From Geosiphon pyriformis uo1 (taxonomy: Eukaryota; Fungi; Glomeromycota), in NCBI GenBank assembly GCA_016748015.1, contig JAAOMT010000722.1, positions 1 to 33,435 of the forward strand: a DNA stretch of 33,435 nucleotides, written 5' to 3'. A model generated the notes under the pieces. That model was not told the origin of the DNA. It made no database searches and worked only from the letters and a program-made list of their open reading frames with translations. Both the position numbers and the translations under genes were made by a program. The stretch's first letter is position 1; each line of letters begins with the position of its first letter. Shown here piece by piece: positions 1-12,784 of this stretch.

Positions 1-874
1 TCAATGCAGGAATTATTTGCGCAGTTAGTTGATTAAGTAGTTTGTAGTAGCAATCTTTTGATGATATTTCGAGGATTACATGATTCTGTTTTTTAGGGTG
101 CTACCAACTATATTCCTTATCGCTTACGATACATTGGTCTCTCACACTGTTGCCAAATGTATAAAGCCTGTGGCTTTGGGTTTGTCTTCACTCGCGCAAG
201 AATTAATGAGTCTCCATTGGTCAGAATTAAGGTCCGAAAAGAATTAATATAGTTGCATCATTCGAAAGATAGATTAAAATACTATAAACCGAGCCTTTTT
301 ATATTTATCATTAGATCGGAAAGCCTAGCTTACGAGAAAATAATTGAAAGCTTTCGTGAGAATGAATTAATGTTAGGAAAAGCCATTTCCCTTCTCCGAA
401 AGGTAAGCCAAATTGTTTTAGCAATATCCATTTATTTGATTGAATATGACTAAAAAAAGGTGATAAAATTCTTTCCAATACGTCAAGTTCCCAAATCAAT
501 TCAATTTGGTGGAGAGAATCCTCAAGAATCCTGAAACAAGAGTCGAAAAAGGTGATGAACGTGAAGTGGTATACAAATTGTTTGCATCCGGAGGTATTAG
601 AAATTAATATTTATATTTCATTTTCTTACTGAATGACATGATTTTGGTCAAATTGAAACTTCTTACCCGATTTAGTTGGATGAAATTTTCTCATTTATAT
701 TCACAATTTGTAGCTTCACTCAATGGTGCTTTCCCACATCCTACAACACGTGAGTTTATCTTAGAAACAGCCAAAAAAAACGACCCTTTAATTTCGAGGG
801 TAGTCCCGGCGAGGATGTATGTGCTTTTAAGTGAAAATGGAATGCGTTTGGTCGAAATGGGTGGCAAAGCATGA
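1..874 (+). CDS. RAB3GAP1: 3' exons of the Rab3 GTPase-activating protein catalytic subunit (partial, duplicate of 32207-33080)
   Basis: Same sequence as the last exons of the gene at 28453-33080. The last exon reads ...FPHPTTREFILET...PARMYVLLSENGMRLVEMGGKA*. Confidence 0.85.
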
Positions 875-1229
875 TGTCATGGGGAATTTTTATCTATAAA
901 TCTAATGCTATGTATAGTTTAGACTGAAATAGAATCACAGCGATTTAATAAATCAAAAGTAACATAGTTATTAGTTATTAGAAATATAATTTGTAGCAAT
1001 TTGTAGATCTAAAGAACAATATATAAAAATAAGAATATATAGTTTCTATTGTACACGAAGAAATATCAAAATGTTCACATCTAAAATACTTTAAGTAATA
1101 AAAGTTCATTTTTCTTTACAGAAATGACATGTCCTTCACTTTCATCAGTGCAAGATGAAGACGCATGGCAAGTCTAAGAAAGGAAAACAGATGTAGAATT
1201 AGTTTATGATTGTAAAAAAAAAAAAAAAA
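1..1229. repeat. Terminal direct repeat, copy 1 (matches 32207-33435)
   Basis: The sequence from base 1 (tcaatgcaggaattatttgc...) reappears at 32207. The ORFs at 253, 311 and 638 have identical translations at 32459, 32517 and 32844 (offset 32206). No differences were seen by eye. Confidence 0.97.
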
Positions 1230-3603
1230 GCAATTTTTTCGAGACTCACCTGAACTCAAATTCATAGCCATTGAATCCTGCTGCAGTATCCCAGACAGCT
1301 CGCGCTCGGTCAGTATTACCACGTAAAAACGCTGTAACTCCCGACTCCCAATAGGCGAATGGTACGATAAATTTCTCCTCATTTATTTCATTATCATGAT
1401 CAAAAATCCAATTCAGCGACGCCCTGTTTGTAAAATAAAAAATTATTATTAAAATTTTCAAATACAAAAATTTTATAACATCTGGAAACTCACGTAGCTT
1501 CCGTGTATTGTTGAAGCTGATTTAAAATTGAAGCTTTAATGAGATGTAAAGTGGCCTGTGGATCAATTAAATCGGATGTAGATAAAAGTTTCTTTCCTTT
1601 TCCATTATTAATACTACTACGTTTATTACTAAAATTGTGCAATCGTGCATTCACAATGTTCAAGCAGCGGGTCAAATCTTGCTCTTTCATAAATGCAAAG
1701 CCGTTCCATATCAGTAAAATTTCTAGACCAGGAAGTAACGTGTTTGCAAAATTTCCGCTGATGTATTGTTTTACTTTACGAGTAACATATTGTTCAATAA
1801 GTATGGTTCGTCCACCAAATTTTCTATTGACTAAATTTGGCACTTCTGTATAAATGGGGATGGCTTCTTCTTTTCGTCCTTCCATTTCTAGACAAGCGGC
1901 GTAGGAATATAGGAAAAACGCCTTGCTCCAATAATGTTCCTCTGATAACAATTTGAAGTATTCGCCAGCAGCTTTCCAATCCAATGTCATGGCTGCATTC
2001 ATTCCTAACTCGTATTGACAAAGACGCGCTAATTCAGCCCCAAAATCAGTGGCAATATTGCTACAGACGGATTTAAAAGCCTTAGTGGATGCATCAAGAT
2101 CACGGCGATAACGAAGATTTCGCCCGGAGAAAAAGGTGAAGAAGTCTGATCCGGGGAAATGTTCAAGTGCATCCTGGATGTATTTTTCTGCCTTTGGTAT
2201 CTTAAAAAGAAAAGTTATAAGTCAAACTATTTTTTAATTTGGAGATTTAAAGAAAGATCTTGTTGATTTGGGTAAAGCTTACATTTTCTGGGCCCAAAAC
2301 TGATGGGGCAAATGATGTTATAATTGAGTAGGCGCCTACAAATCTAAAATAAAATGGAATGGAATGAAATTTGAGATCCTTTTTATTGATTAAAAGCTCA
2401 ACTCGAGAAGACTTACAACAACGATGCCAGAGGGGATCTAATGCCTCGTCCTTGTAAACTCGCATTAACCAATTCAACCCCTAATTCTCGATTTCCCTTG
2501 TAACCAATTACTGAAATTATTTTGATTATTTTTCCTGCCAAGAAAGAGAGGACCAAATTACAGGTTCCAAACCTAAATATGATAAAATCTTGAGTTATTT
2601 CATAAATTTTGCATAATATTCTCAGTGACAAATCCTACCCAAATTCAACACCACCCTTGGTGTGAATATCCACAGGGGTGTTAAAACCAGGCTTTTTCAT
2701 TTCTTCAAACACCAGTTCATAGTTTTTATATCCTGAAAGAATGTTTGTCATTTAACTTGTTCTGATACTTGGGGAAATTCAATTTTGAATATTTACCACG
2801 TCTCAAGTTTAAACCAGCCTTAACATAGCTAGCTATGCTTTCCTGGGTCAATTGAACAAGTGCGATCAACAAAACCGATTCTGCTTTTATGACTGTACTT
2901 CGCAATTGTCCATTGGACATGTACTGGGAGTTTTTATTGGCATTATACCCGAAAAACTTGCTAAAGCTAGCGGCTATAGTGGGTTTTGAAGCTTGTAATT
3001 CAGCATTGGCTAATGTTTCAGCAACAGATAAATGTTTAATAGCTAGACTAATATCTTGTTCGTTGAAAGTTGTAATAGCTAAAAATGAAAGTGGATAGGT
3101 TTAGAAAGTATCAAATAGAAGTTATTGATTTAATTGAAATTGAAAAATGTTTTTACCTTTCAGAAAGGATACACACCCTCGACCAAGAGCGTATAAAGGA
3201 TCAGTGTCACTCCTCTCTGCAAAAATACTTTGGGCTTCAGAGTATCTGTTGCAAAAAAATGCTTTTACCTGGAAAAGAAATTTGAGGAAAACCTTCAAGG
3301 AATTGAATGAACAGTTTCTAGAATGGTAAAACTTGGTAAAAGAATCACAACTTACCCCTTGCAACATTCTTTCATCTATGTACATTCGAGAAAAGTAAGT
3401 ATGAATTCGAGATTTATATGAAAAGGGAGATTTTTGTGGTTCTCTTAAAGGCTTTTACCTTCTTTCTCTTGCTGTTCGGCCGTTAAGGTGTTGGCAGTGA
3501 TTTTGCTCACATCAACCGAAATATCGTTTTGTTCGACATCTAATGAATCATTAGCAGAATCAAGAGAAACCTCAGACATGTTTCCCTTATTTTTGGGAGC
3601 CAT
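1116..3603 (-). CDS. TTC39/Iml2-family TPR protein, multi-exon
   Basis: ATG at 3603 (MAPKNK...). Exon peptides FFCNRYSEAQSIF, KAESVLLIALVQL...KAGLNLRR, IGYKGNRELG, WSKAFFLYSYAAC, LPGLEILLIW, VPFAYWESG and YEFEFRLAMRLHLAL* match the TTC39/IML2 pattern. GT-AG introns separate them; stop at 1116. Confidence 0.85.
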
Positions 3604-3896
3604 GATTTGACAGTTTTTTGAGATGTAAGAGTAAAAATCAAGTTCGTGTGGCACACAAATTGAGAGTTAATATGCCTTTAGGTAATCATGATTGGTTACA
3701 TCAAAGATATTTTACGTCGCATATGATTGAGGGAAGTTGTCTTCAGAATAGAACAATAAAGGTTTATTAAAGTCTTTGTTGAACTACCTTCTTGTGTTTG
3801 ATTCATTCTTCCAATAGTAAAAGATAATCATTTAGCCAGAAAACATATTAAATTAAATAAATTGGGGATTTTAATAATTTAATTCTGTTCATAATT

Positions 3897-3928
3897 GAAT
3901 GAATGAATGAATGAATGAATGAATGAAT
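3897..3928. repeat. (GAAT)8 microsatellite
   Basis: Directly visible tandem tetranucleotide. Confidence 0.95.
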
Positions 3929-3985
3929 CAATCAATCGTTTATAATAAAAGGAAATATTTTTCTTTAAATATAATAATAAATAAA

Positions 3986-4276
3986 GGGAATTGCTAAATC
4001 GACCCACCCGCAACACGTGATATTATTTTACGTCATAGTTTCGTATTCACCTATATATAGGAACATATTAACGAATATTATGGTTGTCCACAACGAAGTG
4101 TTTTTTAATTTATAAAACACTATAAATTACTTAAGGCATAATAAAAAATTAAATATATAATCTATATTCAATTTTATATAAGAAAAAGTTATTTTTTATT
4201 TTAATTAATAAAAAAATATTAAAATTCTATATATATTAATATCACGTGTTGCGGGTGGGTCGATTTAGCAATTCCC
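3986..4276. mobile_element. MITE (291 bp) with perfect 40-bp TIRs and 8-bp TSD, possibly Merlin superfamily
   Basis: GGGAATTGCTAAATCGACCCACCCGCAACACGTGATATTA at 3986-4025 has its exact reverse complement at 4237-4276. TAAATAAA flanks both sides (3978-3985, 4277-4284). The interior is AT-rich and non-coding. Confidence 0.92.
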
Positions 4277-4805
4277 TAAATAAATTATGTAATTAAAAGA
4301 TGATTTTGATTTTGATTTTTTGTTAATTTCATTTTTTAAAAAATGTTAGCTTAAATAAAATTTACTTGTGTTGTTTAAAACAAAGTTATGTTAAGTATTG
4401 TAAAAAAGATTATTTAATATTTAATATTTATTAATAATAATAATTATAAATAAAGTTTAATTTAATATTTTTTAGTTTATTAAAAAATTTAAAACCGAAT
4501 AGTTAAATGTCTTAATTAATATTATAAATATTAATAAAAAAATAATGATAAAAATAAAAACACGGAATTTTTTAATATGGCAAATGGAGATATTTTTAAA
4601 AAAATATCTCCATTTGTGTGTGAAAATAAGATGGCATAAAAGTATATCATTTTCTTATAATCTTTTATCATAACCCATCACAAATTATTAACTTCGTATA
4701 TATATTTTTATTAAAAGATGATTTCGCTAAATATATAAATAATTAAAATTAAAAAATCATGATTAGATCTATTTAAACTTATTTAAACGATTACACATGA
4801 AAAAT

Positions 4806-6321
4806 TCATTCAACTTTGTTACTCTCAGGTAAATAGACTAATTCTTTAAAAAGAAAGTTAAAATATGTAATTAAAGCAAATAAAATGAACCATTTTATAA
4901 AATAAATAAACAAACCTGTTGAAAAATTGACCATTTGAGCAGTTATAATACGACTTGTATAAACTGCTTCTGAATGAATTGCTATCGAGTCATTTTTTGC
5001 TGTTTTTCTTATGAGTTTATCTGATTTCCCAAAGTGTATCCATCTTTTAAACCTATTATTAATATTATTAAACTTATACAAATGGTTAAGTTCCATAAAC
5101 TTTCCTGTAAGTTCTCTAGCAGTAGGACGATTCTTAGGATTAGCATCCCAACACTTTTTAATGAGTTTACGGATAGAAGGTGGAATAAGTGGGGAGGTAA
5201 TATTAGGTCTTTGACCATTTAAAATAGCCATTATAAGGATTTCGTTATGAGGACAATCATAAAAAGGAGGTTTTCCTGTTGATAATTCCCATAATAACAT
5301 TCCTAGACTATAAATATCACCAGCTGTTGTAAACTTTTCTCCTCTTAAAACTTCTGGTGGAATTTATGGAATCACTCCAAATATCTTTTTTTCCTCTGTT
5401 GTTATTGTTGTTGTTGTTGCTTCATGGTTTGTAGGTTGACATAATCCGAGGTCTCCAATATTTACACAGTTTTCCCTTATTTGTAGGATGTTGCCCGAGT
5501 GTAAATCACGATGAACCATACCAGAAGAATGAATTGAAGAAAGTCCAATAGCTATATCAGACGCGAACTCTAATTTATTAGACCAACTCGTAGAATGAAA
5601 ATTTGTTGATAAATATTTTCGCATATCTCCATGTTCGGCAAACTCCATCACAATTCCATACTCGAGTGTTTCAGCGTTTCGCGTAATCCCCAATATTTTA
5701 GAGACATAAGAACTTCCATTTCGAATGTTATTAATCAAAATAGCATTTTGAATATATAACTATCAAAACACAGTGTAAAAAAAGATTAAATAAATAGATA
5801 ATATATATAGTAAATAAATAATAGGTAAATGTGAATTAAATTAATATATATAAATATAAATAGTTTGTTACCTCTTTAAACACTTCTGAACTGTTCGTTG
5901 GGATAATTTTTATTGCTACTTGCATCCCATTATTATGTCTTTCATATTCCATTTCACCATGATGTTTTATACTTTCTACATCAATAAATCCATCAATATA
6001 GGTCGCTTTATAAATTATCCCAAATCCTCCTCTAGCAATTTCGTTGATATCTGACAAACGCTCCCATGGAATCCATTCATAGTAATTCAATTCACCATAT
6101 TTATAAGTTTGATTAGGTGGAATATAGATTGGATTCTTAATTATTTTATCAATTTCTTCATAGCCACATGAAAAGTCTTTATAATGTTTTTCAAAAAACA
6201 TGAACTGGCATTCACTACAATTATTAGTCCTATTATATTTAATACTCTCTTGACACCGTTGACATTCATTGCAATCATGAGCGTATGGACGAGTCGTTCT
6301 TTTAATTTCTTTGTTTTCCAT
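4806..6321 (-). pseudogene. Tyrosine-kinase-like protein kinase (Glomeromycota-expanded type) with a single in-frame TAA
   Basis: Cys-rich N-terminus, EWIPW, IARGGFGIIYKA, VAIK, VMEFAEHGDMRKYL, HRDLHSGNIL, IGDLGL, GVIP*IPPE, DIYSLGMLLWE and CWDANPKNRPTA. Exons are about 6321-5872, 5759-4916 and 4846-4806. TAA at 5364-5366 sits where Tyr is expected. Confidence 0.85.
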
Positions 6322-6814
6322 GATATAAATAACGGACAAAGGATAAAATGATTATTCAAAGAGGGTTTCTTTAAAGGTTTATTTGATAGTACGTTTATAG
6401 TTATTTGTCTAAAGGCGAGTTCTTATTTATATTGTTTCGCATAGTGTAACCAATCAATTTATTAACCTTATTCATCAGACTGTGATTCGCTACAAATCAT
6501 ACTAAATAGGTTTAACTATGAACAAATCTAAGTAGCTATAATGCACAGAGACGCCAAACAAGTTTCCCATTGTCACATTGTCTTGTTACCTAAATTAAAT
6601 GAATAGTTCAATTTCTTTATATAACAACAACAATACTAATAAAAAAGATTTACGCTTTGTGTGATGCATGAAAAATACCGTACTGCTGAAATTCTGTGAA
6701 GGCCAAAATTTTATCAAAACTTATCGTGTTTCTAAATTCCAAAAAAGGCCGACACTTAAATGTTATTTTTGTTTACCTTGATATCCACCGTTATATTGCC
6801 AGCCATTCACTAAA

Positions 6815-7212
6815 AAGCTTCAAGAAGCGCTTGCGATAAGTCGAATCTTCGGGGCATGTGTTCGAATGTTTGTTATAAAGGATTGGTATAGTAATGCGCT
6901 AAAGACCTTCGGATCCACTAAGACACCCATTAGTAAGATTTTGCTGATAATGGCACACAGGGAAAGGGTGTGGTTACCGACCGCGAAATTGAGAGCAGAA
7001 TATGAGAAGCACAGCATGATTTATGGAATTTGTCAGTTGCAATAAGATTAGGATTTTGGTTTGAGTGATAAGCTTAAATTTTTCTTTTATGGACTTAAAA
7101 TAATGTAATGATGATATGTTGAATAGTGCATAGTGTTGCCTTGATAGACTCGGGTGGCTGGTCACATGCGGACAAAGCGTGGGCCTCACTTTGTTGAGCA
7201 AATAAAAAAAAA
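6815..7212 (+). mobile_element. 5'-truncated non-LTR retrotransposon (LINE) 3' end
   Basis: A GC-richer island whose + frame reads ...FVIKDWYSNALKTF...HRERVWLPTAKLRAEYEKHSMI. This resembles, from recall, the C-terminus of Glomeromycota LINE ORF2 proteins. It ends in an A-rich tail at about 7200-7212. Confidence 0.6.
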
Positions 7213-9559
7213 CTATTTAAATATTTTGATTTAATTAATATAATTATTTTTTTTAAAAATTTATAAATTATTTATACATGTATTTATTTTGTTGTTTTTA
7301 TAACAAAAAATTATTTTTTTATATGATATTTTAGCTTTTAAAAATTTAAATATTAACGTTATTTAAATTTAAATTTAAATTTATAATATTATTTTAATAT
7401 AAAATAATATATGCATGTAAATAAGATTTTCATAAAAATATATTAAGAATATAATAAAACCAATTTATTACTAGTAGTATAATGATTAAAAGATTTGAAG
7501 TTTATAAAGTATTTAATTTTACATTGAGTCTTAAATTTAAAGATGATAAACAAACAAAATTAAAAAATTGATAAATTAAAGTAATTTTAATATTCTTAAT
7601 TAATATATATTTATTAATAAACTTCAACCTAAGAGAAAATAAATTTGAATTTAACATATTAAAAACTAATTTTTATTATTATAACAGTTTAAGTTACTCT
7701 GTTATTTATGATTTTTTATTTATTTATTAATAAAATATAATATTATTTTTAAATCTATTATTTAAATAAAGCTTTTTAAATAAATTTTTTATTTTATTAC
7801 CATTTTTATAATAAGATTTTTATTTTTTATTTTTTATTTATATCATAAAAAATTAAGAAAATTAAAAAAACTCATTTAAAAACTTATAATTATACTTTTT
7901 AAGAAAATATGATTGGGTTCCACTCGTAAAAAAATAATAATAATAAAAAAATAAAAACAAAAAATATGTTGTATATTGATTCATATTTTTTTATTAAAAA
8001 TTTTTAAGTAATTATAAAATAGTTGATAAAATAATTAATAAAAATTAACTAATAATAGAATTTTTTTAAAATTAAATTTTTTATGTAAATTTATTATGAT
8101 ATATATATAAATATAATAAATAAAAAAAATAGTTTTGCTATTTTTATTTAATAACATTAAAGAATAATATTAAAATTCTTAAATTTAACTTCTATTAAAA
8201 ACTTGCGAAAAAATTAATATATATTAAAATCATATTAAAATTATTTTTTGTATAAAACTTATTAAATTTATATATTAATAAAATAACAAATGTTTTAAAA
8301 ACTAGAAATAATTATATTTAAAATAATAATATAATAAAAACATAATATAATTGTTTATTATAATTATATTTGTTATTATTTAAATTATTTAATAATATTA
8401 TTAATAATTTTTCTACTTTTTTGAAAGTATTTTAATTTAATTAAATATATTTATTTTTCAAATTCAGTAATTGTATACTATTATTAAAAATTTGATCAAT
8501 TTTTATAAATAAATACTATAAATTTATTTTTAATTTTTAATTTAAATATAATAAGAAATTGTTTTTTTTAAACAATTTTCAATAATAAAATATTTTAAAA
8601 TATTAATTTAATATAAGTTTTAAGTCTTAATTTTACAAAACTATTATAATATTTACTTATTTTAAACTTCATAATTTGAACATATTTAAAGTTATTAATT
8701 TTAACAAAAAAATAAATAAAAGATTTTATAATTTGGTTTAATAAAGTATATTTATTTTATGTATTAAAACTGATATATATTTCGTTGTAAAATACATTTT
8801 TTATTTAGTTTGATATTTTTTGTTTAAATTAGTTAAAATAATTGAAATTTCTATTATTACATTTTTCAATTTAGCATTTAGTTACATTTATAATTTAATG
8901 TAAATTGATTATAATAATTAATTTAAAAATTTATTATCTTGTACTAATAAAAATTGAATAATTAATGTAATTTGTAAAATATTAATTAATATTAAGTTGA
9001 TAATAATTAATAATAATAATTAAAACTAATTTTTAAACAAAGTTATAACTAATAACAACGGTTCTAAAAATAAATAAAGTATTTTTAAAAATCATATTTC
9101 AAATAAATAAATTAGTTAAAAAAGTAGCAAGCAAAAAAAAATAGGTTAATATGTTTATAAAAAAAAATTTGTTTTTTTGTAAAAATTGCTATTAAACGAA
9201 AATACAAAAAAAATCAATATTTTTCATATTGATCAATTAGCAAATATTCAAATCACTTGTATGTATATATATGAAAAACAGAAATACGTGTTAAATGAAC
9301 CAAATTTTGTTTTAATAATTGTTGGAAAAAGCCTTAATTTTAAATAAACTGTGTTTTTAACAGTTTTCAAACACAATTGAACATTTGGTACAAGAGAAAA
9401 AGCAAAAGATTGGATAATCCCAAAGCATACAAAAAATTACATATTAAATTTCATATCAATAAAATTTGTTGCTTTTGGTATTTCTAATGATATATTAATC
9501 ATATTATTTCGTGTAGATAGTATGAAACATCATGGTAAAATGTAATATGAAAAAAAAAC

Positions 9560-9773
9560 TGATTCGAAGGGAAGATTTGAAATAAAGGGAAAGATAATAT
9601 TTAATTTTTGACCATTTAAAATAGCCATTATGAGGATTTCGTCATGATAATAATCATGAAAGAGAGGTTTTCCTGTTTCTTGATAAATACTTCCGTATTG
9701 GGCGAACTCCATTATAATCCCGTATTCGAGGGTTTCAGCATTTTGTACAATACAAATAAATAGTAATTAAATG

Positions 9774-9808
<35 letters not shown>

Positions 9809-9960
9809 TTTAGTACCTCTTTAAAGACATCATCTTAAAAAGTTTTGTAAAAATTTTCAAAAAATATGTATTAGCATGTAGCACAATAATTATTTCCATT
9901 TTTTTGAATGTTTTCTTGACATGAAATTCTGGAAGAATTTTCTTAATTTCTTTGTTTAGA
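9560..9960 (-). pseudogene. Internally deleted kinase fragment (paralog of 4806-6321)
   Basis: Patches match the upstream kinase: AETLEYGIIMEFAQYG fused to TGKPLFHD...EILIMAILNGQ, the exon-1 donor aaagag/gt at about 9815, and the N-terminal ttaatttctttgttt at about 9943-9957. Confidence 0.8.
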
Positions 9961-10299
9961 TAAAATATGAATAAATTCGTTGTTAGGAGAATGTGTCGAT
10001 AAAATATTATTTGTTTTATATTTTCATATTATCATGTTTCATAATCATGTACTCTTTAACTTTAAAAAATGATGTTTTTCACCAAAATATAATTACAATA
10101 ATAAATTTAATATATTATATATTTTTTTGAATTTTAAAAATTGTATTATTATTATTATTATTTTAAAGGGTTCATTCTTATTTATTTTTTATTATATTTA
10201 TATATTTTATCTAATTATTTATTTATTATTCTTTAACTTTTTGATAGTTAAATATTTAAAGAATCATGTTCAATAATAATAATAGCAATTTTTATACAA

Positions 10300-11050
10300 T
10301 ATATTTAAAATATATGGAATTACCCAAAACACTAAAACATTTGAATATGAAATTGTGATACATTTTGCTCAATATGCAAACATGTAGAAGTATTTATCAA
10401 CAAATCTTCATTATATAAATTGGAAAGATAAATTAGTAATCATGCAATATTATTTACAATCAGTACAAATTGGAGACCTCATCAGAAGTTTTAAGAGAAA
10501 AAAAGTTTACAATAGCTGGTAATATTTATAGTTTAGAAATGTTATTATGAGAATTATCAACAGGAAAACCTCCTTTTCATGATTGTCCTTATGACGAAAT
10601 CCTTATAATGGCCATTTTAAATAGTCAAAGACCTAGTATTACCTCCCCACTTATTCCACCTTCTATTGGTAAACTCATTAAAAAGTGTTGGGATGCTAAT
10701 CCTAAGAATTGTCCTACTGCTGAAAAAGTTTGGAAAAAGTCGGGAAAACTTGAAAATTTGTACAATAATATATTTAAAAGATGGATATACTTTAGGACAA
10801 TAAAATTTTCAAAAAGCATTCAACCCCTTAAAAAGACTATGAAACACGATAAGAAAATAATTCATACAGGAGCAATTTATACAAGTTGTCCTTTAACTGC
10901 TCAAATGATTCATTTTTCTAAAGGTTAGTTCATTTAATTTCAAAATGACTGATTAGGTTATTAGTTAAATTGAATATGCTAAACTTTTTGCTTTTTATTT
11001 TGCTTTTTAAAAGAATTAATCTATTTGCCTGAAAATAACGAAGTTGAATA
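10300..11050 (+). pseudogene. Degenerate kinase copy (C-lobe and last exon), inverted relative to 4806-6321
   Basis: 10483-11050 aligns with the kinase 3' half, including the last intron and exon (...LPENNEVE*). TGG has become TGA in LLWE. The activation segment between IGDL and PE is deleted and HRD is lost. Confidence 0.9.
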
Positions 11051-11879
11051 AATTTTCGAATGAATTTTATGTATTTTATTTATTTTACTATTTATTATGT
11101 TTAAATGAATTTAAAATTCAAAATAATTAATCTATTATTAAAATAAATTTAAATTAAATATTAATAATTGGTATTGTAATACTGTTTTAATTGTGAAATA
11201 AAAAATAAAAATATTAAAATAGTATTTGAAAAATAGTTAAAAATGTATTTAAACAAAATAACAAAAAATTTAAAAATACTAACAAAGTTATTTAGTTAAT
11301 AATTATGTTTTTTGGTTTGATTTTTATACATATATAAATATTTAGGTATTTAATGTATTATATTGTAAAATATTATAATAAACAAAAGCAAAAAAACATT
11401 TAATAATTAAAATAACTATAAAAAACAAAAAAAATTAATTAGAAAAAATACAAAATATGTAAATTATAATTAATTATTTTAATAAATTATCAAAATTTAC
11501 AAAAATATTAAATTTTACATTATTCTAAAATATTAAATTAAATAACCACTTTTGATAAAGTAATTTTATTAAAACTTTTAATATGTTATTTAATTCTTTT
11601 TAATTGAATTTACAAGATCACATATCCTATGTGGAGTTTTCAACCCAACTATACTTTTTCAAGGCATGAAAACTAAATCATTTAGTCATTACACAAATAG
11701 AATTTGATTAATTCTTTTAGTTAAAAGATATATTTTCTATTCTGTATTAGCGTTATTGTGCTTTAACTAAAATTTAAAACCTGTTTAACCATTAAGGCTA
11801 ATAGCTAATAATAATTTCGTAAATAACGTCATTTTTTAAAAGTTTAAAAAATAAATAATTGGGTTTGAAATTCTGTAAT

Positions 11880-12130
11880 TGTTGCTTTTAAAATAATTGT
11901 CTAGAAATTAGATGTGCTTAAAAGCTATTTAATTGGTTTTGGTTTAGAAAAGCCTATTTGTTTTTTTTAGATTTAGTTATAAATTTTAGAGTTGTATTAA
12001 GTATACAATATAGTTTTAATTGACTAAATAACTAATTACATATAAAAAATATATAAATCGTATTTATTTTAAAACATATTTTTATTATATTGTAGTAATA
12101 GTAGTTGGGTCTTACTTGTAAAATAAAATA
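11880..12130 (+). mobile_element. Decayed LINE 3'-end relic
   Basis: The end (tatttattttaaaacatattttt...gtagttgggtcttacttgtaaaa) aligns with the reverse complement of 12800-12870 and is followed by an A/TAA-rich tail. Confidence 0.5.
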
Positions 12131-12784
12131 ATAATAAATAATAATAATAATAACTTAATTATTAATTTAATATTAAAAACTTCAACCAAAAAAACAATGT
12201 TTTTAAACAATTAAAAGTTTTTAATATTTATAATATTTTGTTTAACTGTTTTTTAGTTATCATAAAGCAAAATTTTTATTACTTAAACATAATTTTTTGT
12301 AATTTAAAAATCGCATAATTAAATCAAGTTTTTTTTTGTGGTAATTTTATTGTTATTTGGTAAAATTAAAATTTAAAACAAAATTATTTAATAAAAAATG
12401 TGTTTGGTGTTTTGTGTTTTATTTAAACTTAAAATTATTTTATTTTATTTTTAATAAAATTAATAAATAATAATAATAATTTAATGTAAATATTATTTTT
12501 AAGAATTAAAATGTTATTTTCTAAATTTTATTTTATTTAATATATTTATAAAAAAATATTCAATGTTATAAAAAAATTAATGCTAATTTAAAATATATAT
12601 GTATATATATATTCTTAATAAAAGATTTCATGCATAAAAATTAGTATATAATTATAATTATAATAAATAAAAAATATTATAATAAATTACTACAAAGATT
12701 ATTGTATTAATAAAAAGTTTTGTATTTATATATTTTAAAAAAATTTAATTATTAATTGTAAAAAACAAATAATATAAATAATTA

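Noticed and set aside
1-1229. LTR or giant-transposon terminal repeat interpretation of the 1229-bp repeat
   Set aside because: The repeat consists of spliced host exons, lacks TG...CA ends, and encloses no gag/pol or tyrosine recombinase.
1539-1853. Antisense ORFs over coding exons (also 27063-27302, 27789-28139, 29874-30657)
   Set aside because: They are opposite-strand shadows of well-supported genes, with no motifs of their own.
5364-5366. Stop-codon reassignment (TAA read as Tyr)
   Set aside because: It is a single case. TAA terminates the TTC39-like gene normally and the other genes have no internal stops.
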